From the sequence record AP029161.1: 64,000 bases of DNA. One strand, given 5' to 3'. The notes under the pieces are model-generated. The model saw nothing but the letters and a program-made list of their open reading frames with translations. It ran no database searches and was not told the origin of the DNA. Within the stretch, counting starts at the first letter, position 1. Every line of letters begins with the position of its first letter. This document shows positions 39,447 to 49,633 of the stretch, piece by piece. This DNA is from a plasmid. The position numbers were made by a program, and so were the translations under genes.

Positions 39447-39761
39447 CTATTTTTTTCTTTTAATTTCATAAATCGTATCGTTTAAAGTATCGTGATCAAA
39501 TCCAATATAATCTTTTGTTATTTCAACTATTTCTTTTGAAGTTGAATGTGATATTTCATTTTTTTTCATCTGCAATTTACTTTTCTTTAGTTCTAGTTCT
39601 TGAATTTCAATTAAATGTTTATCAATTTGCAAATCTATTTCTTCTATATCGAGATCGATATTTTTAAATTCTAAATTAATTATATTTCTTAACTTGTCTA
39701 GCTCTTTTTCTAACATCACAAGAATCCCTCGAAACCAAAATATGATACTATATACTATCAT
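39447..39761 (-). CDS. small coiled-coil protein
   Basis: ORF only. Confidence 0.3.
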   Translation of the reverse strand: MIVYSIIFWFRGILVMLEKELDKLRNIINLEFKNIDLDIEEIDLQIDKHLIEIQELELKKSKLQMKKNEISHSTSKEIVEITKDYIGFDHDTLNDTIYEIKRKK

Positions 39762-39822
39762 AAATATTATTAATTAACATAAAAAATATAGAAACATTTA
39801 AATAAATGATTTTAGTATACTT

Positions 39823-39838
39823 AATTTAGACAGTCCGT
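39823..39838 (+). promoter_or_regulatory. late-operon motif copy e, 34 nt upstream of the baseplate-module start
   Basis: AATTTAGACAGTCCGT. Confidence 0.5.
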
Positions 39839-39871
39839 TCTTCTTTTTTTAAATTGAAAAGAGGAGGTTTT

Positions 39872-40189
39872 ATGGCTTTATTTGAAATCCCATTAATAAA
39901 ATATAAATATTATGAATTTTCAGTTCCTCTTGATGGAATCTTATATAATTTTGAATTTTGCTGGAACGAAAGAGCTGAAAGATTTTTTATTAGCCTTTTT
40001 GATTCAGAAAAGAACTTAATTATAGCGAGTGTCCCTGCAGTTTTAAAAATCCCACTTTTTTATGGAATAAAAGAAAAAAGACTCCCTAAAGGACAGCTAT
40101 TATTTATAGACACGACTAATTCATTAAAAAAACATAATTTTGAGGATTTTGGAACAAAAATAAAATTATTTTATGAAGGAAAAAATTAA
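39872..40189 (+). CDS. baseplate-module protein (putative)
   Basis: ATG at 39872 with an AAGAGGAGG ribosome-binding site. Confidence 0.35.
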   Translation: MALFEIPLIKYKYYEFSVPLDGILYNFEFCWNERAERFFISLFDSEKNLIIASVPAVLKIPLFYGIKEKRLPKGQLLFIDTTNSLKKHNFEDFGTKIKLFYEGKN

Positions 40190-41019
40190 TGGAAAAGGAA
40201 ATGCAATTTGAAAGGAATATTTCAATTATTGTCACTCCTTCTATTGGTGGAGAAGGTTTAATTTTTAAAAACTTTAGAATTAATTTTGAAGTACAAAAAA
40301 GTGTTGAAAAAAAAGTACAAAATACAGCAAAAATTCAAATATACAACTTAGGAGATAATTCGTTTAATTTTATAAAACAAAATAATATGGTAGTAACAAT
40401 TAAAGTTAGATGGAAAGATCAAACCGATAAATTACTATTTTTTGGCAAAATTAATAGAGCTTCTAAAGAAAAAAAAGATACTGATTGGATTATAAAAATT
40501 GAATCAGGAGATTCAGGAAATGCTTATAATTCAGCAAAATTAAGTAAATCTTATCCTGAAAAAACTACTCATACAAATGTATTTGAGGATTTAAAAAACG
40601 AATTACTCAAAGGAAATATTATAAAAGGTATAAAAGGTTTTTTCTCAAGTGATAATTTATTTAATAATGGATTTGCAGCGCATGGAAACGTTGGAAATTT
40701 AATGGATAATATTCTTACAGCTAATAATTACGAATGGCAAATTAATAATGGAATACTAGAAATTCAAAAAAAAGGAACTTCTAATCAAATAATTAAATTA
40801 AGTTCAGAAAGTGGTCTTTTAGATTCTCCTGAAGTTACTGAAAATGGAATTAAGGCAACATGCTTATTGCAATCTGAAATCGCCCCGTTAAGACAAGTTT
40901 ACGTCGAGAGTCTTTACATTAAAGGTGTTTTTATTCCTACAAAAGTTACTCATTCAGGAGATAATTTAGAAGGAAAATTCCAAACAACATTCGAAACTAG
41001 CGAGAAGAAAAAGAAATGA
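40189..41019 (+). CDS. baseplate / tail protein (XkdQ-like position)
   Basis: Gene order only. Confidence 0.3.
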   Translation: MEKEMQFERNISIIVTPSIGGEGLIFKNFRINFEVQKSVEKKVQNTAKIQIYNLGDNSFNFIKQNNMVVTIKVRWKDQTDKLLFFGKINRASKEKKDTDWIIKIESGDSGNAYNSAKLSKSYPEKTTHTNVFEDLKNELLKGNIIKGIKGFFSSDNLFNNGFAAHGNVGNLMDNILTANNYEWQINNGILEIQKKGTSNQIIKLSSESGLLDSPEVTENGIKATCLLQSEIAPLRQVYVESLYIKGVFIPTKVTHSGDNLEGKFQTTFETSEKKKK

Positions 41020-41789
41020 GTACACCTTCATTTTATCAAGTAATATTTGATACAATTGATTCTCATATCAAAAAAATTCACACATCTATGCCTGCTATAG
41101 TAAAATCATATGATGAGAAGCTTCAAAAAATTTCTGTGCAACCATGCTTTATGGATAAAGAAATTGATGAAATAACAGGACTGGAAATACCTAAACCTTT
41201 ACCAGTTATCCAATCTGTTCCAGTTTTATTTCCAAGAACAAAATTTTCTTACATTCACTTTCCAATTGATATAGGTGATTATGTTTTGTTAATTTTTACA
41301 GAAAGAAGCATTGATAAATTTACGCAAATTGGTGGTCTTGTTGAGTCCGATGCTAATTATAAACATGAACTAACTGATTGTGTTGCTCTAGCTGGCTTTT
41401 ATCCTTTTTCTCATCCAATGCTAGGTGTAGACAAAAAAGCTTTGCAAATAGTAAATAATTTGTCAGAAATTAAGCTAGCAGAAGATGGAAAAATTTATTT
41501 GTCAAATCGTGGAGCTGTTTCTGCAGAAGCTAAACTTCCAGATGAACCTTTAGTTTTAGGAAATATATTAGTTGAATTTTCTAATAAATTAATTGAATTA
41601 ATTGATAAAATAGCAGACGCTTTACAAAAAAATATAGGGGTTGGCAATTTAGGAGCTCCAGTTCCTGCTTCTCCATCACTAATAGCTGAATTAAAAAAAA
41701 TTCAAATTGAATTAAAAAACAACAAAAGTATTTATTTAGATAACAGTGAAACAAATATAAATTCAAACCATTTTTTTGGAGAAAAATAA
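41016..41789 (+). CDS. baseplate protein (putative spike/hub-associated)
   Basis: Gene order only. Confidence 0.3.
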   Translation: MSTPSFYQVIFDTIDSHIKKIHTSMPAIVKSYDEKLQKISVQPCFMDKEIDEITGLEIPKPLPVIQSVPVLFPRTKFSYIHFPIDIGDYVLLIFTERSIDKFTQIGGLVESDANYKHELTDCVALAGFYPFSHPMLGVDKKALQIVNNLSEIKLAEDGKIYLSNRGAVSAEAKLPDEPLVLGNILVEFSNKLIELIDKIADALQKNIGVGNLGAPVPASPSLIAELKKIQIELKNNKSIYLDNSETNINSNHFFGEK

Positions 41790-42016
41790 TGCCTTATACA
41801 AGTGCGGATGGAAAAGCTATTTATTTAAAAAATTTAAAAATTTCACTAAATATGTCTGACTCTGATGCAAATCAAGAAATATTAGACAAGCAAGCTGAAG
41901 CTTTTGCTAAATCAATAGAAGAAATTTTACCTTTAATTTTAGTGACTGTGAGTCCATTAGGATTAGCAAACCCAGCTGGAAAAGTTGAAGGTATAGCTTT
42001 TGGTAAATTGTCATGA
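41789..42016 (+). CDS. small baseplate protein (XkdR-like position)
   Basis: Gene order only. Confidence 0.3.
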   Translation: MPYTSADGKAIYLKNLKISLNMSDSDANQEILDKQAEAFAKSIEEILPLILVTVSPLGLANPAGKVEGIAFGKLS

Positions 42017-42390
42017 TTGATCTCAAACTAAATGATGAGAACGATTTAGTTATTAATCATACAGGTGATTTTGAGTTAATAAATAACGAAAAAGAATATT
42101 ACAAACAGAAAGTAAAGTTAGAATTAAATACATTTTATAGCGAGTGGTTTTTAGATTCTGAAGTAGGTCTTGCTTGGCATGAGATGTTAGGAAATAAAGA
42201 TTTTGATGAATCCAAATTAAATTTATATTTAAAGAAAAAAATTGAAGAAATAGATGGAGTTAAAGAAGTTGAAATAATTAGTTCAGATTTAAATAGAGAA
42301 AAAAGACATTGTAATATAAGTTTAAAAATAAAAACAAAAAATGAGATTATCCAACTAAATAATATTAAAGCAGGTAACAAAAATGGATAA
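42013..42390 (+). CDS. baseplate protein (XkdS / DUF2634-like position)
   Basis: Size 125 aa and position before the J-like gene. Confidence 0.35.
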   Translation: MIDLKLNDENDLVINHTGDFELINNEKEYYKQKVKLELNTFYSEWFLDSEVGLAWHEMLGNKDFDESKLNLYLKKKIEEIDGVKEVEIISSDLNREKRHCNISLKIKTKNEIIQLNNIKAGNKNG

Positions 42391-43555
42391 AAAGTATGGT
42401 CTAACTAAATCTGGATTTGTAAAAAAAGATTTTCTTACTTGCTATTCGGAAATAAGCGAATCTTTTAAAAGTAAAATAAATCAAAATATTGATTTAAGTC
42501 CTACATCTGTTTTTGGAAATATAATAGGAATTTTTGCAGAAAGAGAATCTTTATTGTGGGATGGATTACAAGAGTTAAGTACAGCTATGAATCCAAATAA
42601 CGCCACAGGAATACCATTACAAAATGCTATAGCCATTAATGGAATTTCAAAACAAGAGGCGACAGCTTCAAAAGTTGTTCTAACATTTTCTGGAAAAATA
42701 GGAACAAAAATTCCAGCTGGAACAGGTGTTGCAATTCCTGATACTTCTTATCAATTTAATACAAAATTAGACTCAGTAATTGGACAAAATGGGACTGTTG
42801 ATATTGAAGCTGAATGCTCAATTTTAGGAGAAGTAAAAGCTTTAGCAGGAAGCATTACTAAGATTTTAAATCCGATTTATAATATTGAGTCATGTGCAAA
42901 CAAAAATGATGCGGTTGTGGGTCAATTTGAAGAAACGGAAGAAGATTTAAAAATTAGAAGATTGCAATTACTGCAAAGAGCTGGTTCAGCAACTGAAAAA
43001 GGAATTCGTGCAGCAATACAAAAAGTTGAGGGTGTTAAAACATCTATATTATTAAATGCTGAAACTTCAAAATATATTCCTTCTGGTTCAATTCATTTGT
43101 ATGTCGAGGGTGGCGAACCATTGGCAATTGCAAATGCAATTAATAATTCAAGAGGTGGTGGCTGCCTCTTATATTCAGATGAAAGTTCTATTAAAAATAC
43201 CATAAAAGATTCTCAGGGAATCGACAGAGTAATTTCATTTTCTCGACCAAAAGAAAAAATAATTTATCTTTCAATTGCTTTAAAAACAAATTCAGATTTT
43301 CCTGTAAATGGATTTGATCAAGTTAAAAGTTCAATTATTGATTATGCAAATAAAAATTTAACGATTGGAAAATCACTAATAAATTCCTCTTTATATGTAC
43401 CTATAAATTCTGTTAGTGGAATAATAGGAATTCAAATTTATCAAGGAATAGCTCCTAATCCAACCGATTCAATAAATATACAAGTAGAGCCTATTGAATA
43501 TGCCAAATTAGATACATCAAGAATAAATTTTATTGATTGGAAAGGTAAATTTTAA
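42383..43555 (+). CDS. baseplate J-like protein
   Basis: 390 aa at the XkdT position. Confidence 0.45.
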   Translation: MDKKYGLTKSGFVKKDFLTCYSEISESFKSKINQNIDLSPTSVFGNIIGIFAERESLLWDGLQELSTAMNPNNATGIPLQNAIAINGISKQEATASKVVLTFSGKIGTKIPAGTGVAIPDTSYQFNTKLDSVIGQNGTVDIEAECSILGEVKALAGSITKILNPIYNIESCANKNDAVVGQFEETEEDLKIRRLQLLQRAGSATEKGIRAAIQKVEGVKTSILLNAETSKYIPSGSIHLYVEGGEPLAIANAINNSRGGGCLLYSDESSIKNTIKDSQGIDRVISFSRPKEKIIYLSIALKTNSDFPVNGFDQVKSSIIDYANKNLTIGKSLINSSLYVPINSVSGIIGIQIYQGIAPNPTDSINIQVEPIEYAKLDTSRINFIDWKGKF

Positions 43556-44134
43556 TTGGAAAAAATAGAAAATCATGCTGAAGAAGCTAAAAAAAGATTA
43601 TTAAAACAATTTCAAAATAGCAAAATATTAAATGATTTTGTTGAAACAATTGGAGAAAGATTTCAAGAATTAGAAGATGAGCTTTTTAATTTATATTTAC
43701 TGAATTATTTGAATGCAGAAGGAAATAAACTAGATGATTTTGGAGATATTATTGGGTCTTTGAAAGCTGGACTTGACGATGAGAAATTTAAAAACTTGTT
43801 AACTGCAGCTATTTGCGAAAATAATTCAGAAGGAACAATTGAAGATTTAATTCAGATTTGTAGACTCTTAACCCGTCCAAAAAAGGTTTTACTTTTTGAA
43901 TCCGCTCCTAATCAAGTTTCTTTAGTTTCTATCAATCCTCAGCCTCTTGCAGATTTAAAAACAATTTCCAGAGCATTGAGAAGTTCAAAACTTGCTAATT
44001 CAGAACTTTCTACATTTTTAATTAATTTAGACAGTCCGTATTTATTTTGCGAAAGTCAATTCATAAAGCCATGCGGATTTGGAATTGAAGAAATTCCAAA
44101 ATCTGGTGGAAGATTTGCGATAGAATTGGAGTAA
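43556..44134 (+). CDS. baseplate / tail-fibre base protein (XkdU-like position); contains late motif copy f at 44014-44029
   Basis: Gene order. An internal copy of AATTTAGACAGTCCGT lies near its 3' end. Confidence 0.3.
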   Translation: MEKIENHAEEAKKRLLKQFQNSKILNDFVETIGERFQELEDELFNLYLLNYLNAEGNKLDDFGDIIGSLKAGLDDEKFKNLLTAAICENNSEGTIEDLIQICRLLTRPKKVLLFESAPNQVSLVSINPQPLADLKTISRALRSSKLANSELSTFLINLDSPYLFCESQFIKPCGFGIEEIPKSGGRFAIELE

Positions 44135-44136
44135 CA

Positions 44137-44823
44137 ATGACAGTAGAAAGACCTGATGAATTTCCAGAATGGGCTACAAAAAATGAATCACTGATAAAAT
44201 CGCCCACAATTGAGAAGAGAAAATTAGGATATTCGATAGACTCTACAACAGGACTTCCTGATATCCCATCTTTAAAAGGTGAAAACTGGTTTAGGAATTT
44301 AGTATATAAATGGTTAAAGTATTTTGATGATAAAGTTTCTAATATAAGTTTCTCTATAAATTCTTTGTCTATTTCAAGTAAAGAAAAAAAGATCGATCTA
44401 AATAAATGGTATGATTTGGAATCTTTTGTTGTTCCAAAAGGAAAATGGCTTTTTATTATTTCTTTTAATCATTCAATTATGCGAGAACAACAACTTTCTA
44501 ACATTGAACAATCACCTGTTTTTATTTGTGGTATTAGTAAAAATAGAGGTGAGCTTTCAGATATAAAATCAGGCACTAATATTGAAATAGTAAAAAGAAT
44601 TCTTAGTTTAAGTGAGGTAGGGAATACTCTTTATAGTTCATATTTAGCTAAAGAATATGAGCAAGGAAAATTAGGTGCAGCAGTAGAAAATATTGGTTAT
44701 TCGTGTGTAATAAATGAACCAGTAGATACAACATATTATATTAAAGATTTATGTTTTTCGTTTCCAAATGGGCAGGATATTTTTAAAGTATTTTATCAAA
44801 TTAACGCAATTAAATTAGGATAA
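44137..44823 (+). CDS. putative tail fibre / receptor-binding protein
   Basis: Position after the baseplate genes. Confidence 0.3.
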   Translation: MTVERPDEFPEWATKNESLIKSPTIEKRKLGYSIDSTTGLPDIPSLKGENWFRNLVYKWLKYFDDKVSNISFSINSLSISSKEKKIDLNKWYDLESFVVPKGKWLFIISFNHSIMREQQLSNIEQSPVFICGISKNRGELSDIKSGTNIEIVKRILSLSEVGNTLYSSYLAKEYEQGKLGAAVENIGYSCVINEPVDTTYYIKDLCFSFPNGQDIFKVFYQINAIKLG

Positions 44824-44833
44824 AGGAGTATAA

Positions 44834-45205
44834 ATGTCAGAATCCAAAGAAGATATTGCCGCAGCTGTACGAGAGTTTTTTATTGCAATTAAATCTTCTC
44901 CAAATACCATGATTTTATTATTGGTTTTAGTTTGCGTTGGTTTTTCCTCATTGGTTACTTATTTAGTTTTTCAGAATTCAGGACAAAATAGTAAATATTA
45001 TTCTGAATCTTTAATGAATCAACTTCAAGTTGCTAATCAGCAAGTGAAGCAATTTAATGAAAATATATCAGTTACTAATATTGCTTTAAGTCAGCTTAAG
45101 GAACAATTTTCTGATTTTAAATCAATGCAAAGTGAAATTCAAAGTTCTATCAAGGATCATGAGAGAAGGCTTATAAAAATTGAAGTTAAGGAAGGAATTA
45201 GGTGA
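44834..45205 (+). CDS. putative holin (single TM plus coiled coil)
   Basis: TM segment MILLLVLVCVGFSSLVTYLVF. Overlaps the endolysin start. Confidence 0.35.
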   Translation: MSESKEDIAAAVREFFIAIKSSPNTMILLLVLVCVGFSSLVTYLVFQNSGQNSKYYSESLMNQLQVANQQVKQFNENISVTNIALSQLKEQFSDFKSMQSEIQSSIKDHERRLIKIEVKEGIR

Positions 45206-45630
45206 ATAAATTATCAGAAAATTTTTCATTAGAAGAATTTGAATATTCAAATAAAGCATTAGAACTTTCAGTAAAAAATAAAGCTCCTGAAAATGTTGTT
45301 TTAAATTTGAAAGCAATGTGCGAAGGATTATTGGAAATATTAAGGGAAAATTTAAATTGTAGTATTAAAGTTTCTTCAGGATATCGCTGCCCAGAACTAA
45401 ACAAAGCAGTAGGTGGAAGACCTAATTCTAAACACATGCTCGGACAAGCGGCAGATATTTATGTTGATAAATTCTCTGCTCTAGAATTATTTAATTACAT
45501 CAAAAATAATAAAGATAAATTTGATTATGACCAGCTTATTTTTGAAAAATCAGGGGCAAAAAGATGGGTTCATATTTCATATGTAAGTACTGAAAATAAT
45601 AGAAAACAAGATTTAATTTTGAGTTTTTAA
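45202..45630 (+). CDS. endolysin, peptidase M15 family (L-Ala-D-Glu / D-Ala-D-Ala peptidase type)
   Basis: SGYRC…N..VGG..NS.H..GQAADI … WVHISY zinc-ligand pattern. Confidence 0.75.
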   Translation: MNKLSENFSLEEFEYSNKALELSVKNKAPENVVLNLKAMCEGLLEILRENLNCSIKVSSGYRCPELNKAVGGRPNSKHMLGQAADIYVDKFSALELFNYIKNNKDKFDYDQLIFEKSGAKRWVHISYVSTENNRKQDLILSF

Positions 45631-46200
45631 ATGAGTTTAAAATATAAGATAATATTCATTTTAATTATTATTGTTTCATCATTTCTTATTGGGAGAATAA
45701 CTTCACCTGAAAAATTAATTACTGAAACTAAAATTGAAAAGTATCGGGATGAGGAAGCGATTAAAGTTGCTGTTGAGCAAGCAATTCAAAAAACTCGTGC
45801 TGAATTTAAGAAAAAGGTTGTCATCGACAAAACCAAATTAAAAGATGGGACTGAAACTTTACATAAGGAAATATTTAGCGAAGGAATAATGCTTAGCGAG
45901 AAATTAAACTTAGGAATCCAAAAAGAAGATGTCAGAGTTAGAGAGTATCAATTAACCGAGTTTAAAAGCCCTTTAAAACGCTTCTCTGTAAATATTGTTG
46001 TAGGAGTTGAATATCTTATTCCTAACAATATTAATGAATTTAATTTAAGCAATTTTAATAAATTCGATGCCTATGCTTCAGGCAAAGCTTCTTTAAGAGT
46101 GATTGATAATTTTTGGTTCGGAACAGGCGCAAAAAAATATTTAACAAAAGATCAAAATTTTGTTTTTTCAGAAATCGGATACCATACTTATTTATGGTAG
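45631..46200 (+). CDS. membrane-anchored protein (possible spanin)
   Basis: N-terminal TM segment. Position after the endolysin. Confidence 0.3.
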   Translation: MSLKYKIIFILIIIVSSFLIGRITSPEKLITETKIEKYRDEEAIKVAVEQAIQKTRAEFKKKVVIDKTKLKDGTETLHKEIFSEGIMLSEKLNLGIQKEDVRVREYQLTEFKSPLKRFSVNIVVGVEYLIPNNINEFNLSNFNKFDAYASGKASLRVIDNFWFGTGAKKYLTKDQNFVFSEIGYHTYLW

Positions 46201-46226
46201 TGTAAAAATGAAAGGAAGAAAAACGC

Positions 46227-46868
46227 ATGGATGCTGTTTTTGATAAAATTTTTAAAAATGGAATTTTAAACAAATATAAGGTTGAGCGAATTACAGGACG
46301 TGAATATTGGGATATTTTTTATCGAGAATTTGAGCAAGATAATCTTCAAAAAATAACTTTCATTAGAGAAGGACTTCTCACTGAAGAGCAGAAAGAAAAA
46401 AGAAAATCTTTAGAAGAAAGATATAAGTCTGAAAAAATTGAAAATTACATTGTTGTAAAAGATGGTGATTTAAATATTGCTTTGTTTAGAGGTGAACAAA
46501 AAGATATCGATATTTATTACATGCGACATGCAATTGTTAGAAAAGAATATCGTGGAAAAGGAATTTATAACGATTACCTAGATAAGATTATAGAATACGC
46601 AAATGAGCGTGGATTCTTACAAATTATAAGCTGTTTTGTTTTGTCCAACATAGATATTTATCGAACTAAAACAAAAAAAGATTTTTATATCACAGCAACC
46701 GAAACTCATGCTGAATGGGGACAAATTGGGTGGCTATGTAAATTCCTAAATGAAGATTTAAGAAAAGCTTTTCTTTTTAGATGTGGGAATATCGAATTTT
46801 CTAAAAAGCTTTATAATAATTCTGAAAGAAGCGCAAATAGCTTTATAAAATTTCTAAACGGATTTTAA
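46227..46868 (+). CDS. GNAT-family acetyltransferase (moron)
   Basis: Motif A-like RKEYRGKGIYNDYLDKIIEYANERGF. Confidence 0.5.
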   Translation: MDAVFDKIFKNGILNKYKVERITGREYWDIFYREFEQDNLQKITFIREGLLTEEQKEKRKSLEERYKSEKIENYIVVKDGDLNIALFRGEQKDIDIYYMRHAIVRKEYRGKGIYNDYLDKIIEYANERGFLQIISCFVLSNIDIYRTKTKKDFYITATETHAEWGQIGWLCKFLNEDLRKAFLFRCGNIEFSKKLYNNSERSANSFIKFLNGF

Positions 46869-46937
46869 TCTTTTTTTATTGACTACTAAATTTTTTTTTG
46901 TTTTCATTTATACCTTAGTTCAAATATTGAGGAATAA

Positions 46938-47462
46938 ATGAAGTATATTTTTGTGTTTATCATCCCATTTATTTTATTTGTGATCTATTTTTATTCTGAT
47001 GATGACAAAATATTTCTTCCAGATAAAGAAGCGGCTAAAAAATTAGATGAGGCAATTGAACTTTGCTTAATAAGATTTAACGTAATGAAATCTGTACTTT
47101 CAAATATGTATAATGAAAGATATTCTTTTAAAAATGATAATAATGGTTATATATTTATTGATTTAATTAGAGAATTTAACATCTCTAAAGATAGATGTAT
47201 TTCATCACAAAGTAATATTAAAGAAATTTTAAATAATTATAAATTCACAAGAGAAATGGAATATAAATTCGACAAAGCTTCAAGTAAAATTGATTTATAT
47301 TATGATTATAATAGAAAATTTTCATATGAATTAACAAATTATATTAATGTAAAAATTTTAAATTCAAGCGATTTTAATACTTTCTTTTATTTAAGTGGGC
47401 ATAGAGAATTAGCAGAATTACTAACTGCTTTTTTAAAAGCTGAAAATCAGAGAAAAATTTAA
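46938..47462 (+). CDS. hypothetical protein with N-terminal hydrophobic segment
   Basis: ORF only. Confidence 0.35.
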   Translation: MKYIFVFIIPFILFVIYFYSDDDKIFLPDKEAAKKLDEAIELCLIRFNVMKSVLSNMYNERYSFKNDNNGYIFIDLIREFNISKDRCISSQSNIKEILNNYKFTREMEYKFDKASSKIDLYYDYNRKFSYELTNYINVKILNSSDFNTFFYLSGHRELAELLTAFLKAENQRKI

Positions 47463-47474
47463 TAAAGGAGTTTT

Positions 47475-47885
47475 ATGAAAAGATGTTTAATAGTTTCATT
47501 TTTACTAAGTCCTTCAATTTTATTTGCTTCATATAAAATTGATTTTAATCTATATCCTCATGAGAAAGGAGGGAACTCAGATGCTTCAACTTTTTCATCT
47601 TCAAAGCTAATAAATTTTCCTAAAAATTATATTGGTAAAACAATTACAGCTCCGATACTTTACTGTTTTACGTCAGAATTAAAAGGAAAAGATTTAAATA
47701 ATAAAGAAGTACTATTTGATGGTGTGAGGTGTGCATCTGGAGATATTTCGGTAGGTGTTATAATGGATTTAAAAGACAGAGAACTAGCAAAAAATGATAA
47801 ATATAGAAATGTAACTGGAAAAATTGTTGCTACTGATCCTGGTGGATTTAATATCCTTATAATAAAACCTGAAATACTTAAATAA
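47475..47885 (+). CDS. secreted protein (signal peptide)
   Basis: MKRCLIVSFLLSPSILFASY. No lipobox Cys. Confidence 0.4.
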   Translation: MKRCLIVSFLLSPSILFASYKIDFNLYPHEKGGNSDASTFSSSKLINFPKNYIGKTITAPILYCFTSELKGKDLNNKEVLFDGVRCASGDISVGVIMDLKDRELAKNDKYRNVTGKIVATDPGGFNILIIKPEILK

Positions 47886-47962
47886 CTAATTAAAATTATT
47901 TATTTTTATCTTAATTTTAAAATTGTGATTTACGTAATATTTTAATATTATTAATTTTCTTA

Positions 47963-49567
47963 TTATTCATATATTTCTTTAATAAAATCTTTAAATGCTT
48001 CAGCTATTTCATATAGAGTAATACTACTATTTAATTCACTTTTTTGATGAAGAATTTCTTGATTTAAATTTAAAATTTTATTTGATTGTTCAATAATTTT
48101 TTCTACACCAAAATTTTTTAAATTATCTTTATTTATAAATAAAATCATCATCCAATTATATATATTTACATACTCAATTTTACTAAATATTGATTCAATT
48201 TTATACTCCCTGTAAAATTCATTTAAAACAAACTCTCTAAATAGATAATATTCTACAGGAAAACCAAAGAAATTACATTTTTTATGATATACAATAGTGA
48301 TAAAGTAGAGTTCTTTAAATTTTAAATAGTGATCGAAATTTTCTTTTACTATGTTATTAATTAAAGAATTCCAAAAATTATGAATTATACTTTGATTATT
48401 AAAATCTTTAAGATTTGTATCTCCTAATCTTAGATGGTTACATAAAACCTTTAAATTTTCTTCTAGTTCAAATTCATTTAAATGTATTTTTTTGGAAATT
48501 CTCCTTATTAAATCATTTAAAGTATTAAATTTTACTAGCATACTATAGCTATGGTAATCAGAATTGCTATTATTTAAATTAAAATATAGCATAAATTCAA
48601 AGTAATCAATTATTTCTATAATCTCTCTTGTGCTAAATATTTTTAAAAACTTAAGCTCATCAGGAAGAGATTTTGTTTCATTTAAAATAAATGGAAACAT
48701 GTTGTTATTAATTTTTTTATGCAAAATATTATTTAATATCTCAGGAATTATATCTAATTGAAAATATTTCGCATTTAATTTTTCGATCATTTCAATAGCA
48801 TTGTTTTTATTGTCATTTTTCGAGTATCCAAAGGGGACTATGTATTTTCTCCTGTATCTGAGTAAATTTGATAATAAGGCCCAACGGTCTTCTTCTTTTA
48901 ATGAACTTCGATCAAGATCATCTAAAATTATTACTTTAATTTTGTTATCGTACCATAATTCAATAGATTCAAAAAAACAATTATAAATGTATGATATTTT
49001 TAATTTATTTGTTGCAAAAATAAAAGGAATAATTAAAAAAATGAAATAAATAATTGTACTGTATGATGAATAATCAAAACCGACAATTTTTTTAAAATAT
49101 AATTCATTATAAAATATAATCAAAATTGATAATATAAAATAATAAATGGAAAAAAATATTTTCCAGTGTTTTGGTGCTATATGTGAATACGCTTCATCTA
49201 AAGTAGAAATTCCAAAAAAAGAAATTTTCTTTTTATAATATCTACTATTCAAGCATAATTCATGAACTACTCTATCTGAAAGAGCGGATTTACCCGCACC
49301 CCATTCACCAATTATAAACACTGTTTTATTATTTCTATCTAAAAAAGCTTTAATTTCACTAATTTTATTAGTATGATATTTGAATTCTATAAAATCCGAA
49401 GGAGTATTATTTTTATCTATTTCATTCCAAAATAGATAAAAAGATTCTTTCAATATTTCATAGTATGTATATATGTTAAAAATTCTTTTGATTTTATTAG
49501 TACAATTATCTTTTAATTTAATATATTTTTCAGATTTTATCATACAAATTATTTCACCAGTGTACAC
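47963..49567 (-). CDS. KAP-family P-loop NTPase
   Basis: Walker A GEWGAGKS. Hydrophobic TM insert between Walker A and B (…FFSIYYFILSILIIF… / …IIYFIFLIIPFIF…). Walker B VIILDDLDR. Confidence 0.7.
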   Translation of the reverse strand: MYTGEIICMIKSEKYIKLKDNCTNKIKRIFNIYTYYEILKESFYLFWNEIDKNNTPSDFIEFKYHTNKISEIKAFLDRNNKTVFIIGEWGAGKSALSDRVVHELCLNSRYYKKKISFFGISTLDEAYSHIAPKHWKIFFSIYYFILSILIIFYNELYFKKIVGFDYSSYSTIIYFIFLIIPFIFATNKLKISYIYNCFFESIELWYDNKIKVIILDDLDRSSLKEEDRWALLSNLLRYRRKYIVPFGYSKNDNKNNAIEMIEKLNAKYFQLDIIPEILNNILHKKINNNMFPFILNETKSLPDELKFLKIFSTREIIEIIDYFEFMLYFNLNNSNSDYHSYSMLVKFNTLNDLIRRISKKIHLNEFELEENLKVLCNHLRLGDTNLKDFNNQSIIHNFWNSLINNIVKENFDHYLKFKELYFITIVYHKKCNFFGFPVEYYLFREFVLNEFYREYKIESIFSKIEYVNIYNWMMILFINKDNLKNFGVEKIIEQSNKILNLNQEILHQKSELNSSITLYEIAEAFKDFIKEIYE

Positions 49568-49633
49568 GAATAGAAAAAAAACTAATCCGAGTATTATAAC
49601 ATAGATATTAAATTTCTAAATAATTGCATCTAT

